Part shown: piece after piece, positions 1-9,189 of the stretch
Layout of the letters: each line of letters opens with the position of its first letter
Numbering within the stretch: the stretch's first letter is position 1
IMG/VR virus record: IMGVR_UViG_3300003691_000004
Coordinates: 1,045 to 65,044 of that record
Strand: one strand, 5' to 3'
Length of the DNA: 64,000 nt
From: a virus
Lineage: Duplodnaviria > Caudoviricetes
Translations under genes and position numbers: made by a program
The notes under the pieces: generated by a model
What the model saw: only the letters and a program-made list of their open reading frames with translations
Told to the model about the DNA's origin: nothing
The model's database searches: none

Positions 1-265
1 CTTCATCTATATCCTCAAAAAGCAACCATCCATCATCGCGGCGTCGCGTCACGGTGAAGCCATGTTCAAACATCGCTATCTGGAACGCATCAAGTGAAAC
101 GCCCGCGATGTTGAAATTGAAGTCTTCACCCGCATCGTTGGCGTCGATAGATGTGTCGCCTAGTCGATCCGTCGCGACTACCATCGCGCGCGGCGCGATC
201 GGTTGAACATCTACGCGTACGCTTCGAACGCCATCGATGTCGGCCGCTAAGTAGATCCGTTTCAT
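1..265 (-). CDS. hypothetical protein (partial, runs off window)
   Basis: ATG at 265 overlaps the stop of the upstream gene (ATGA); open frame MKRIYLAADIDGVRSV... to base 1. Confidence 0.6.
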   Translation of the reverse strand, partial: MKRIYLAADIDGVRSVRVDVQPIAPRAMVVATDRLGDTSIDANDAGEDFNFNIAGVSLDAFQIAMFEHGFTVTRRRDDGWLLFEDIDE

Positions 266-495
266 TCCTTGCCCTTCTCAATTATTGTTATTTGACCCGG
301 CTTTAATCGCGACGCGCCATCGGGCGCGTCGGTCGTTTTTTGTTCACTAGCAACGTCGGCATGATACTTAATCGACGCCGTAAAGAAGCCGCCTATGCTC
401 AGACAAGCTTCCCAACATCGCCGCGATGCTGACACGTCACGCGCCGCCTTTTTGACTATCGGCATCGCGGCCTTGCCGCTTATTTTTTTGCCCAT
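262..495 (-). CDS. hypothetical protein
   Basis: 77 aa ORF overlapping both neighbours; AAGGA RBS for the next gene at its end. Confidence 0.55.
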   Translation of the reverse strand: MGKKISGKAAMPIVKKAARDVSASRRCWEACLSIGGFFTASIKYHADVASEQKTTDAPDGASRLKPGQITIIEKGKE

Positions 496-1757
496 CTTAA
501 TCCCTTCATCTGTATCCGGTTGAAATACCCAACATCGAACAACCCATCCATCTCGATGGCGTCGGCGTGATGTTGAGCTTCAAAATCCATCGCGCGGTCG
601 ATGTTGCTGAACTGATGCGTAAAGCTTCCGACGTGCGTTTTCGTTGTTAAGCAAAATTCGCGGCGATCGGCGATGCCGATGATGAAGTGAAGCCGCGCGC
701 CCGTCGCGCGGCGGACGTACCCCGCGTCGCCATCCAAAGACCATCCTTTGGTACTGTATAAGCATCGCCCCTCGGCGGCCGCTTCATCGGCGTCATCAGC
801 TTCGAGCGACATCTCAACATCGCGGGCGATGTCAATATCGATGCCGATCGGATGTGCGGCGTCGCGGGCGGCCGTCGCTAGTGTTGGCAACATCGTACGC
901 GCCGCGATATAGGCGACATCGGCATCGCGGGCGGCCGCCGCGCGCGCGGCGTTTTCTGCGATCATAGTGCTAACATCAAAGCCGCGATGCTTGGAGACTG
1001 AAACGGTTACAGCGTCTCGGGCGGCGGTCACATCGGGCGCGTCGCGGGAGTCGCCAACGGCGGCCGCGTACTGCCCATAGGCGGCGTCATCGGCGCGATG
1101 TGTTGTGATATCACCTGCGATGGGCGCGGCGGCTTTGATGGCGGCGTCGGCGGCCTTGGCGGCCGCAACATCGCCCGCGTCGGCTATTCCATCATCGTTG
1201 ATGGCGACGTACCCGATTGAGGTTAAAAACGACCGCGCGGTTTTTTTGGCGGCGGCGCGGCGGGCGTCAAAATCAGTATCGACCGCGACATCGAGCGCGG
1301 CCTGATGGTTTTCCCGGTGACCACGAAAACAGTTTTCGCCGATCGCCTCAACATGATCCTCGGCCATCATCTCGGCGGCGCAAGCGGCGCGATATTCGAT
1401 ATGGTCATTGTCGGCGATGGCCTCAACATGATCCTCGGCCATCATCTCGGCGGCGGCCTCGGCGGCGTGACGCGCCTCCACTTCGCCGCGCGTTTTTTCA
1501 AACGCCGCATCAAGCTTAAGAACTAGCAACGCCGCGCAAGCCTTGCGTGTTGTGCAATAATCGATGGTTTCGACGCCTTCACTGGACAACACGATGCGAT
1601 CGACATCGCCCGTCTTTATTGCTGGGATATCGCGATAGTAAACACGCGCGGTCAATTGCCATTGACCGCCATCGACCTTGATGAAGTCGGCTTTAGTTCT
1701 CGGGTCAAAATAATGGCCCGCCTCAACCTTCACGAATTCAATTTCTAGGCTAGTCAT
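480..1757 (-). CDS. Ala/Asp-rich hypothetical protein with internal repeat
   Basis: Long ORF; start moved to MTSLEIEF (ATG 1757) after purine-rich leader; AAEMMAEDHVEAI occurs twice. Confidence 0.7.
   Translation of the reverse strand: MTSLEIEFVKVEAGHYFDPRTKADFIKVDGGQWQLTARVYYRDIPAIKTGDVDRIVLSSEGVETIDYCTTRKACAALLVLKLDAAFEKTRGEVEARHAAEAAAEMMAEDHVEAIADNDHIEYRAACAAEMMAEDHVEAIGENCFRGHRENHQAALDVAVDTDFDARRAAAKKTARSFLTSIGYVAINDDGIADAGDVAAAKAADAAIKAAAPIAGDITTHRADDAAYGQYAAAVGDSRDAPDVTAARDAVTVSVSKHRGFDVSTMIAENAARAAAARDADVAYIAARTMLPTLATAARDAAHPIGIDIDIARDVEMSLEADDADEAAAEGRCLYSTKGWSLDGDAGYVRRATGARLHFIIGIADRREFCLTTKTHVGSFTHQFSNIDRAMDFEAQHHADAIEMDGLFDVGYFNRIQMKGLRWAKK
1341..1456. repeat. intragenic ~40-bp direct repeat, 75 bp apart
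   Basis: gcctcaacatgatcctcggccatcatctcggcggcg present at ~1345 and ~1420. Confidence 0.9.
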
Positions 1758-2519
1758 CGTTTTCTCTTCTCTTCTCAATCCCTCAAAAACGCCCATCGGC
1801 GGGCGGCGAAACAAACAAACAACAAAAACTACAGCCCTTCTTGTACCGTTGTCGGTAGCGATAGCAATCAATGATAACATCTCATCTCATACGCGGTCGA
1901 CGCCGAGAAGCCGCGATGCGGCCTAAGGTGAGATGTCAATTAAGCTTGAAGCGGCGCGGATTTTTTATTTATTTATTTTTATTTTTATCAATTGAGCGAT
2001 CAAAAAGACCCCGTCGCGGCGGCGCGGATGTCAATCGAGACGATGATGGCGGCAAGGCGGCGATAGGGAGAAGCGGCGATGCGGCTTCTTGGGTGATATC
2101 TCAATTCATTGCACTTAGGACGAAAAACGCACATCGACGCGCCGCCTATACAGTGATAAGGGGGAAGGCTGAAACGCCTAGAATCGGCTTCTGTTGGTGT
2201 TGTGGGCGATCTAAGGGATACTACTTAGACGGGATTAAGGGTTATTACTTAGCGGCGATGCGGCGTCGCGAGATGGGCGCGACTGCTCGATGTTTTTAGT
2301 GTTATAAGTTTCGCTTATGCCTTGCCGCGATGCCATAACGTCAGCTTATAGCTTCATAATAGGGCAAGCTTAGTATTCTCGGCGGAGATGTCGCATTGCC
2401 GCGATGCGGCGGCTCGGCGTCGATTGAGATGTCGATTTACTGAAAAGCCGATTGTCACAGTATTGTCATCGCGGCGTTGTTGATTGAGATGTTGATTGTG
2501 GCACGGTATTTGAGAACTA

Positions 2520-2720
2520 GGTTAAAAATTAACCGCGTAATATCTGCATGGTAGGAAATCGACCGCGTAAAAAAGATGTACGGCTAGAAATTGGCCGCTT
2601 CGCAGATTTGGGAATTCATACGGTGGCCAGAATTTGGCCGCCTTGTTTTGAGGCGTACGAAAAGTGGACATAGGTAGATCTACCTACGTAGAATCACGTA
2701 GGCAAAACTACGTAGGTAGA
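2520..2720. repeat. left boundary element: four 15-bp imperfect palindromes, one arm of a 34-bp inverted repeat, TACGTAG cluster
   Basis: GGTTAAAAATTAACC 2520, GGTAGGAAATCGACC 2550, GGCTAGAAATTGGCC 2582, GGCCAGAATTTGGCC 2625; 2625-2658 is the reverse complement (29/34) of 60267-60300. Confidence 0.85.
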
Positions 2721-2910
2721 ACCCCCCATACCCATGTTTTGTGGGATGGATGCCGTGGGAGGCCTAGCGATTTTTTTGGTATTTTTAGGATCAAAAAGGT
2801 CTAATTACCGAACTAGGTACTAGTAATAGAGGCGATAGCCGCCAGGACGATCACGATAAGGACTAGCGAGGTGAATAATAGATCTCGCTCGAACTCTTTG
2901 CCTGGATCTT

Positions 2911-3114
2911 TCATTTAACCGACCCGTCTGACTCGACGACGTATATAGCCCCGTTTCCGTACTGCCCAGGCTTCTGAATGCCAAAGCCCTTAGCGAATAA
3001 GCGAGTCCCGTCTATCTTGAACTCTACCCTCGCTTGATCCTCGTATTTCCCAGGCCAGCGAAACACTTGGAAGTCTTGGTAGACGAGGGTTCCGGTTTTG
3101 ATTCGAATCTTCAT
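2911..3114 (-). CDS. hypothetical protein
   Basis: 67 aa ORF coupled (ATGA) to upstream gene. Confidence 0.6.
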   Translation of the reverse strand: MKIRIKTGTLVYQDFQVFRWPGKYEDQARVEFKIDGTRLFAKGFGIQKPGQYGNGAIYVVESDGSVK

Positions 3115-3341
3115 AACTCACAATCCCTCAAGGCCTTTTGGGCCATTAACTTCGTGTATTCTGCGTCATTGGGCCTGTAAGGCGGGTAAAGCTTTGTTGA
3201 GTAAGCGATTTCTAGCTGATCTTTGCTATAGATCGATATGGCAGCCTTGACGTAGCCCACGTGATAGGTGCATTTGAATCCGCGCTGCTCTAGAGCTTTG
3301 CAGAGTTCCTTGTAACTGTAACTGGGGTCAAGGTCGCTCAC
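3111..3341 (-). CDS. hypothetical protein
   Basis: 76 aa ORF in coupled minus-strand operon. Confidence 0.6.
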   Translation of the reverse strand: MSDLDPSYSYKELCKALEQRGFKCTYHVGYVKAAISIYSKDQLEIAYSTKLYPPYRPNDAEYTKLMAQKALRDCEL

Positions 3342-3559
3342 CTAGCCCCTTTGTCTATCGATTTGCCAAGCTTAATCCTACGCTTCTCCTGCTCCCTGAG
3401 AATCTCAGTCAGGCGAATGATCCAGACCTTCCCACCTATTTGCTCGCCTATTTGGCCCCTAGTACACATCTGGCGAATGCGACGCTCTGATACGCCTAAG
3501 GCCTCCGCTGTCTCTGAAGTGGAGAAGAGTGTTTTGACGCGAGGTTTCGTTATCTGCAT
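3338..3559 (-). CDS. helix-turn-helix DNA-binding protein (excisionase/HTH_17-like)
   Basis: FSTSETAEALGVSERRIRQMC...G...GKVWII winged HTH; AAGGAG RBS before ATG 3559; divergent from TerL. Confidence 0.8.
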   Translation of the reverse strand: MQITKPRVKTLFSTSETAEALGVSERRIRQMCTRGQIGEQIGGKVWIIRLTEILREQEKRRIKLGKSIDKGAR

Positions 3560-3614
3560 TGCGGCTCCTTTTAGTATAGGATACCCCACTACCCGTAAAG
3601 GAAGCGAGGAATCT

Positions 3615-5036
3615 TTGAGTAGTTTCGTAATCGATCCAGAAACCATGACAGGCCCGACAGGGCTAGCGATTAAGTTCACTCCGCTACAAAAGCAGTTCAT
3701 AACTTCACTTGTGCCGAGGATCGCCCTGTTTGGGGGCTTTGGGTCGGGGAAGACTTTTCCGTTCTGCATGAAGGCTGTAGTTTTGGCTATGGTTCACGGG
3801 AGAGGGTATCGAGGGCAGTTGATCTCGCCGACCTACGATATGTTCCAGAAGGTTTTGCTCCCCACAATACGCGACGACATTTTAATGAAGCTCTGCAACA
3901 CACAGGGCGAAACGCTGTGGGACTTCTGCGATTATTCACCGAGTAAGCGATCAATCACATTCCCTAATGGATTTGTCCTGCTCTTCGGCTCTGCGGACAA
4001 CCCTAACGCGACACGAGGGACGAACCTCGCCTTTATCGGGATAGACGAGGCGACACTTGTGGATAAATTTGAAGCTCTCTACATATCAGCTGGATCTCGC
4101 CTGCGTCGAGCTAGGCCGCACCCGGTTACTGGTGAGCCTATGGCGCAAATGTTCTTGTGTGGAACTCCTGAGCCTGAGGATCGAGTTCACCAGAAGTTTG
4201 TGATTGGTCCCGAGAAGGGCCGGAAGCGTTGGCGTGAAACTCACCAAGTGATCCGAATGTCCACTCTCATGAATCCGGGAATCGACGCTGACTTCATTCG
4301 ACAGCTTCACCTGGGAATTCCAGCCCCGCTTCTGCCTGCTTATTTGCACGGGCAGTCAATCGAGATTTCGACGGGCAGGTGTTATTACAACTTCGACCGA
4401 TCGGTGAATATTAAGCCGGAGGCTGTCTATAATCCCGGCCTCGATTTACATCTTAGTTGGGATTTCAACGTCGACCCAATGAGTGTAAGTGCTTGGCAGG
4501 TATGGGGTTACGGAAAACACAGCATAGCAATGTGCATAAAAGAAGTCTATCTTAGAAACTCAAATACTCCAGCTACCGCTAGAGAAATTGTCCGTGTCTT
4601 TGGTGGGCAGGGGTTAAAACACCAGCGAAATATCTTCATTTACGGTGACGCTTCAGCGGATAAGACTACTTCAGCCTACGACGAAATCGAGGAGTACATT
4701 GGAACGCATTTCCCCGGAACGATAACTAGGCGTGTTCCGAAGTCGAATCCTCGTCACTTACGTCGACTCAAGTCGGTCAACGCTCTATGTAGGAACGCTA
4801 ACGGGGACGTGAGGCTTGGAATTCACCCAGACTGCCGTTTCACTATCCGCGATTTAACGGAGCAGCGTATGGAGCCTACAGGGCGATCCAAAGCGAAGAA
4901 CCAAGAGGGCGACGACGGGACGACCCTTGGTCACTGTTCAGACAATGTCGACTACTTTATCGACACGCTGTTCAGATACACCCGGCCAGATACTCAGCGT
5001 CGACGAAGTAAAATGACTTCGCACATTCACCGTTGA
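3615..5036 (+). CDS. terL: terminase large subunit
   Basis: Walker A GGFGSGKT, RGTNLAFIGIDE Walker B, GTPE coupling motif, nuclease WDFNVDPM, YGDAS, HCSD; TTG start after GAGGA (ATG 3645 alternative). Confidence 0.95.
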   Translation: MSSFVIDPETMTGPTGLAIKFTPLQKQFITSLVPRIALFGGFGSGKTFPFCMKAVVLAMVHGRGYRGQLISPTYDMFQKVLLPTIRDDILMKLCNTQGETLWDFCDYSPSKRSITFPNGFVLLFGSADNPNATRGTNLAFIGIDEATLVDKFEALYISAGSRLRRARPHPVTGEPMAQMFLCGTPEPEDRVHQKFVIGPEKGRKRWRETHQVIRMSTLMNPGIDADFIRQLHLGIPAPLLPAYLHGQSIEISTGRCYYNFDRSVNIKPEAVYNPGLDLHLSWDFNVDPMSVSAWQVWGYGKHSIAMCIKEVYLRNSNTPATAREIVRVFGGQGLKHQRNIFIYGDASADKTTSAYDEIEEYIGTHFPGTITRRVPKSNPRHLRRLKSVNALCRNANGDVRLGIHPDCRFTIRDLTEQRMEPTGRSKAKNQEGDDGTTLGHCSDNVDYFIDTLFRYTRPDTQRRRSKMTSHIHR

Positions 5037-5099
5037 TTTTCGCTTAAGCGTTAATATTAACTGATTCCGGCCAAATGCCTAGTGTATTTGGTCGTTTTC

Positions 5100-5640
5100 T
5101 TTTTGCACTTATGACTTTTCGGGCATACCGCCTGCGGTACAGGCCGATTTTCTGTCTACGCAACACAAGGGCAGTACAGCTTTTTTATTTCGACATGTCC
5201 GCCGAGAATTGATTGTATCGAAATTGTATCAAGTCATAAACCCTTGTGGGGTATGCGAATGCGCCGATTGCAAAAAGCTCGATTCGTAGCAAATGCATAC
5301 CAATGCTCAACTTACAAAAATTGTTCACATTTGCTCGTTTTCGAGCACTTTTTAAGTCGTTACCATTGGCCAACTTACAGAAATTATTCACATTTCGTAA
5401 ACGCAATTCTGTCATAAGTGCTTTAACTGTATTCTTTTCCAAAAATTGTTCACAAGATTATAAATAATAGACACCCCCCCCCTCCAGAGCACTACCCTAG
5501 AAAAAAAATATGACCCTCTAAAAGTCATAAGTCTTATTTACTAACTACTAAAACCTCAAAAATGTGTTGCTACCACTTATTTTTCACATCCCTATTAATA
5601 AAATACCCAAAATTCTGTTGCTACCGATGTTTTTTCGCAC
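5100..5640. repeat. AT-rich iteron/DnaA-box-like repeat cluster (candidate replication origin, left half)
   Basis: caacttacaRaaattRttcacattt twice (5308, 5371), TTGTTCACA again ~5446, GTCATAAG/CTTATGAC several times, tgttgctacc twice, C and A homopolymer runs. Confidence 0.6.
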
Positions 5641-5654
5641 TAGAGATTTTCTAT

Positions 5655-5683
5655 TTCCAATAACAATCACACCTTAGTAAGAT
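5655..5683 (+). promoter_or_regulatory. possible sigma70-type promoter
   Basis: TTCCAA-17 bp-TAAGAT. Confidence 0.3.
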
Positions 5684-5815
5684 CGAAATTGCACCTTAGG
5701 TCGTAACACATTTACGGCACTCGTAGGCAGAACCCAACACTGTCTCTGAGCACTACAGGAGAGAGTTGGTTACTCACTCCGCATCTGTCATGGGGCATAC
5801 TCTGTGCCTCGTCTT

Positions 5816-5848
5816 GAACCTCTAATCCTTGCGATTAGGGGTTCTTTT
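5816..5848 (+). terminator. intrinsic terminator closing a structured leader or small RNA
   Basis: gaacctctaatc-cttgc-gattaggggttc-tttt. Confidence 0.75.
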
Positions 5849-5895
5849 GTGTCTACTCATACGTAGAGGTACTAACCCACTTGAAAGGTTTAATA

Positions 5896-6516
5896 ATGGA
5901 ACACGATCAGAGAGCCGATAAGGCCCTAGATTCATACGCTAAGACTTTAGGCCTGTCTAAGTTCTCCAAAGCAGACAAACAGCACCTAGACTCCCTGTCG
6001 GCCTCCCTACACCAGCAACACCGCGATGCTGCATCGCAGCCTAATAAACCTAACACGATAGTAAATCATGGTTCAACCATGAAGAAGTCTGAGAGTAGAG
6101 ACGGTTGGGTATCTAGAGGAAGAGCGGTAGCTGGATCAAAGGAGCATCAGTTCTTAATGCTCCTACGCACAACAAGCTCCCTAAGCGTCGCTGCGTGGTT
6201 AGGACTAGCAGACTTGTATAAGTCTAAGCAAGACTTCGCTAGGGCTGAGGTGGCCTATGTGGGGGCTAGGTACTGTGATTTGAATTCAAAAGACGTGATG
6301 AGGAAGTGGTTAGCTGTTTATACGATTAATCGTGGTACGAGTATGTCTAAGAGTCAGATTCTTTACGAAGCGAATATTATTAACCAAGCTATGGGAGATG
6401 TCATTTCTGCACCTGTGGATAGACTTCTACATGAGTTACAGATGTTAATCTTTTTCTTAGAGAGGGAGGAAGTGATAGATGCTACAGATGAGTCGATCAC
6501 ACTAATGAGCCAGTGA
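5896..6516 (+). CDS. hypothetical protein (possible single TPR-like motif)
   Basis: GAAAGG RBS before ATG 5896; AWLGLADLYKSKQDFARAEVAY resembles a TPR helix pair. Confidence 0.65.
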   Translation: MEHDQRADKALDSYAKTLGLSKFSKADKQHLDSLSASLHQQHRDAASQPNKPNTIVNHGSTMKKSESRDGWVSRGRAVAGSKEHQFLMLLRTTSSLSVAAWLGLADLYKSKQDFARAEVAYVGARYCDLNSKDVMRKWLAVYTINRGTSMSKSQILYEANIINQAMGDVISAPVDRLLHELQMLIFFLEREEVIDATDESITLMSQ

Positions 6517-6600
6517 CGGTTTTTACTCCCCTACTTTGAAGTCCCAAAATTCTCGGGGGAGAGCTACTTTCAAGTTAACAGCTTTTTGCACTTAGTAAGG

Positions 6601-6885
6601 ATGGAGCACATTATGTTAGAGGTAGGATCAACAGCAATAACACAGGAGTTAAATTCTGAGGGTGAGGAAATAGAGTTAGAGTGGGAAGTGATAGCTGTCA
6701 CACCTAACGCTCGCCAAACTGTGTACACAGTTACGTTTGCGAGATCTGATCTCCCCTTAGAGATGTTAATAGATCCACTAAAGACAGACTTTACGGAGGG
6801 TGATTTACCAGTGGGAATCCCTACAAATGAGAGCGCTCCTGACTTTCCACTCTTCACAACTGATTGTCGTAAGTACGTAAAATGA
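6601..6885 (+). CDS. acidic hypothetical protein
   Basis: ORF with TAAGGA/GGAG upstream; start 6601 or 6613. Confidence 0.6.
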   Translation: MEHIMLEVGSTAITQELNSEGEEIELEWEVIAVTPNARQTVYTVTFARSDLPLEMLIDPLKTDFTEGDLPVGIPTNESAPDFPLFTTDCRKYVK

Positions 6886-6894
6886 CAGAAATAA

Positions 6895-7500
6895 AATCGG
6901 CTAGGATTTTTTTTCTCTCCTGGCGTCTGGGGGGGGGTACCTACCAAAAAAAGAACATCGATGTGAGCGGAAATCATAACCGCAGCGCCGCGTTGCCGTT
7001 ACGACTTATTCTCCAGCACCCCCCTGTGAATAATTTACATAACCTCGCTGACCATCCCTGTTTGCGAAAGCGAGATTTAAAGCTAAATGTGAACAATAGT
7101 CATAAGTATACCCCCCAGAAGGCTGCACTTAGGTTAACACGAATTCACACTCGTCGGGAAACATTGAAGTCCCAAAAATCCGTTTGGAGATGTCATTTAC
7201 GAGATTTTCAACTTAAAGCCCAATTCAGGCACTCTTGCTGGGACAAAACTCTGATACATCTTCCGAAAAGTCCTAACACACGGCCCCTGGGACATGTACT
7301 TATGACTTTTTTCAACCCCTCCGCTAGGCCAATTGTATCAAAATGTACATTTACCCAGATCGCACACGAGCCCAGACGCCGAGCACCTAGAATTTCGTCC
7401 CCAATACATACCAACTCGTCACTTACGAAACACGAATTTGACGTAAAGCTATACCCCAAAGCAACGACTTACAACAACTCCATTCTACGCAACCTCACCA
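6895..7500. repeat. second copy of the origin-like motif cluster (right half, partly inverted)
   Basis: TGTGAATAA ~7025 and TGTGAACAA ~7088 (inverted boxes), GTCATAAGT ~7099, ACTTATGACTTTT ~7298, TTGTATC, CTACGCAAC, G and T runs mirroring the left half. Confidence 0.6.
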
Positions 7501-7518
7501 CAAAACGATAGGAACCCC

Positions 7519-9189
7519 ATGGACCCGAGTGAAATCATAGCAGCAGTCAACGAGGCGCTGCGAAGCGGCGAAGCCGCAACCCCGATCAATCTGCCAGCTG
7601 AGTTCGCTCAGGTGTTGGAGCAAGAACACCCGACGTATAAGTTGAATTTGAAGAAATGGCTGGATATCGACGCGATGGTAAACGATCAGGTCACAGGATC
7701 GGTCCTCGCTTCGTTTCTGCCTCGCGGCACTGACGAGCACCCGTCGGATTACGCTCGGCGAACATCTCTAGCGAATTTCAAAGGTGAGCTGTCGCCTGTG
7801 CTGACTCGCCTAGTTGGAGCGGTTCGCACGAAGCCGCCGACTCGCGACGAGAAGACACTGACTGACTATGGTGACTTCATGAAAAACGTGGACGGTCGCC
7901 ACACGACGCTTTCGAGGTTTATGGAGGACCGGGCGAAGCAGATCCTAGCCCTGGGCGTCGCGCCGTTCATTGTGGATCGCCCGATGGTGGGAGACACTGG
8001 GTTCGCCAGTGAGGAGACGTCGATGGGTTTCACCAGCGCTGAGCAGACTCGCAAGGTCGACGACAAAGAGATTCGACTAACGCCCTACAAGATTCACCAG
8101 GTGATTAACTGGGACCACGGGACGACCGGGGAGCTACATTGGGTCCGTATTCGAGAAGTCACCCAGAACTCAACGCCTTACGGAGCGCCGCAGACGGTGA
8201 CGATCTATCGAGACTGGGATCGCCAGAGCTGGCGAGTGTTCGAGGTCAAAGAGGTCGTGGTTAACGGTCAGCTTAAAAAAGTTGTGCAATTAGTAGGTCA
8301 GGGCGACCACTGGCTGGGAATGGTGCCAATGGTCATGCCGTTCCTAGAGTCGGACGAGCCGATGTCTTTCTTCTCGCCGATGTTCTACGCCGCGAAGCAC
8401 GACATCGACAGATTCAGATCCGACGCGGACTACCAGTACTCGCTTTGGGCGCACGGGAACCCGACCATAAAAAACATCACAAACGACACGCCGAAGCGGC
8501 TGGCTCTGGGGCCGAACGCGCAGATCGAGCGCAACCCTGAGTACGGTGAGGACGTGGAGTACCTCAAGATCCCGATGGACGCCTTCAAGGCGCAACTCCA
8601 AAACAAAGAGGATTCACTGACGGGGCTCCGCCGCGTCGCAGGCGTGGACACACTCTCGGGGCAGGACGACAGTGGGTCACAGAATGCTGTGTCGGGTCGC
8701 AGCCGCGCAGTCTCGTTCTCGATCTCGGAGAGTCGAATCTTGGGGCTTTTGAGTGAGGCGCTGTCAGCTGGCGAGAAACGATTGTTTGAGATCGGTGAGC
8801 GCTGGCGGAGTCCTCGAACGAATTTGACGCCGGACGACACGTTATTTACTGGCGAGACGGTGTACCCGAGGGCTTTTGGTTTGTCGGACGCGGAGCAATC
8901 GATCGCTCAGTGGTTGGAAACTAGAGATTCCATCAACTCGGAGCGCTTCGATCGTGAGCACCAGTATAAACTCATAGATATGACGCTTGGCGACATTTCG
9001 AAGAAAACCCGCGATCTGATCGTGAAAGAGATCAACGCGAACCCGATCCTAGGAGGATCGGCTGCACCAGACCCCTTCGAGGAAGAACTGAGCCTGGACG
9101 CGGACGACCGCGACCCTAGCGACGCTGCTGACGCAATGGCCGAAGCCGACGCGAAATCATTGGAAACGAAGCAGACAGAGAAAATGTAA
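7519..9189 (+). CDS. portal protein (DUF4055/SPP1-like)
   Basis: 556 aa after TerL; FLPR..E...YARR, VINW, GMVPMV, SG.SR motifs typical of this portal family; acidic C-terminus. Confidence 0.85.
   Translation: MDPSEIIAAVNEALRSGEAATPINLPAEFAQVLEQEHPTYKLNLKKWLDIDAMVNDQVTGSVLASFLPRGTDEHPSDYARRTSLANFKGELSPVLTRLVGAVRTKPPTRDEKTLTDYGDFMKNVDGRHTTLSRFMEDRAKQILALGVAPFIVDRPMVGDTGFASEETSMGFTSAEQTRKVDDKEIRLTPYKIHQVINWDHGTTGELHWVRIREVTQNSTPYGAPQTVTIYRDWDRQSWRVFEVKEVVVNGQLKKVVQLVGQGDHWLGMVPMVMPFLESDEPMSFFSPMFYAAKHDIDRFRSDADYQYSLWAHGNPTIKNITNDTPKRLALGPNAQIERNPEYGEDVEYLKIPMDAFKAQLQNKEDSLTGLRRVAGVDTLSGQDDSGSQNAVSGRSRAVSFSISESRILGLLSEALSAGEKRLFEIGERWRSPRTNLTPDDTLFTGETVYPRAFGLSDAEQSIAQWLETRDSINSERFDREHQYKLIDMTLGDISKKTRDLIVKEINANPILGGSAAPDPFEEELSLDADDRDPSDAADAMAEADAKSLETKQTEKM

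Noticed and set aside
1871-2299. 142 aa plus-strand ORF
   Set aside because: Opposite to local gene direction, spans T runs and repeated motifs, no RBS.
3351-3614. N-terminal extension of TerL in the ORF track
   Set aside because: Overlaps the divergent HTH gene; RBS-supported start at 3615.
6882-7511. 209 aa ORF
   Set aside because: Runs through homopolymers and repeat motifs, unnatural composition; more likely non-coding.
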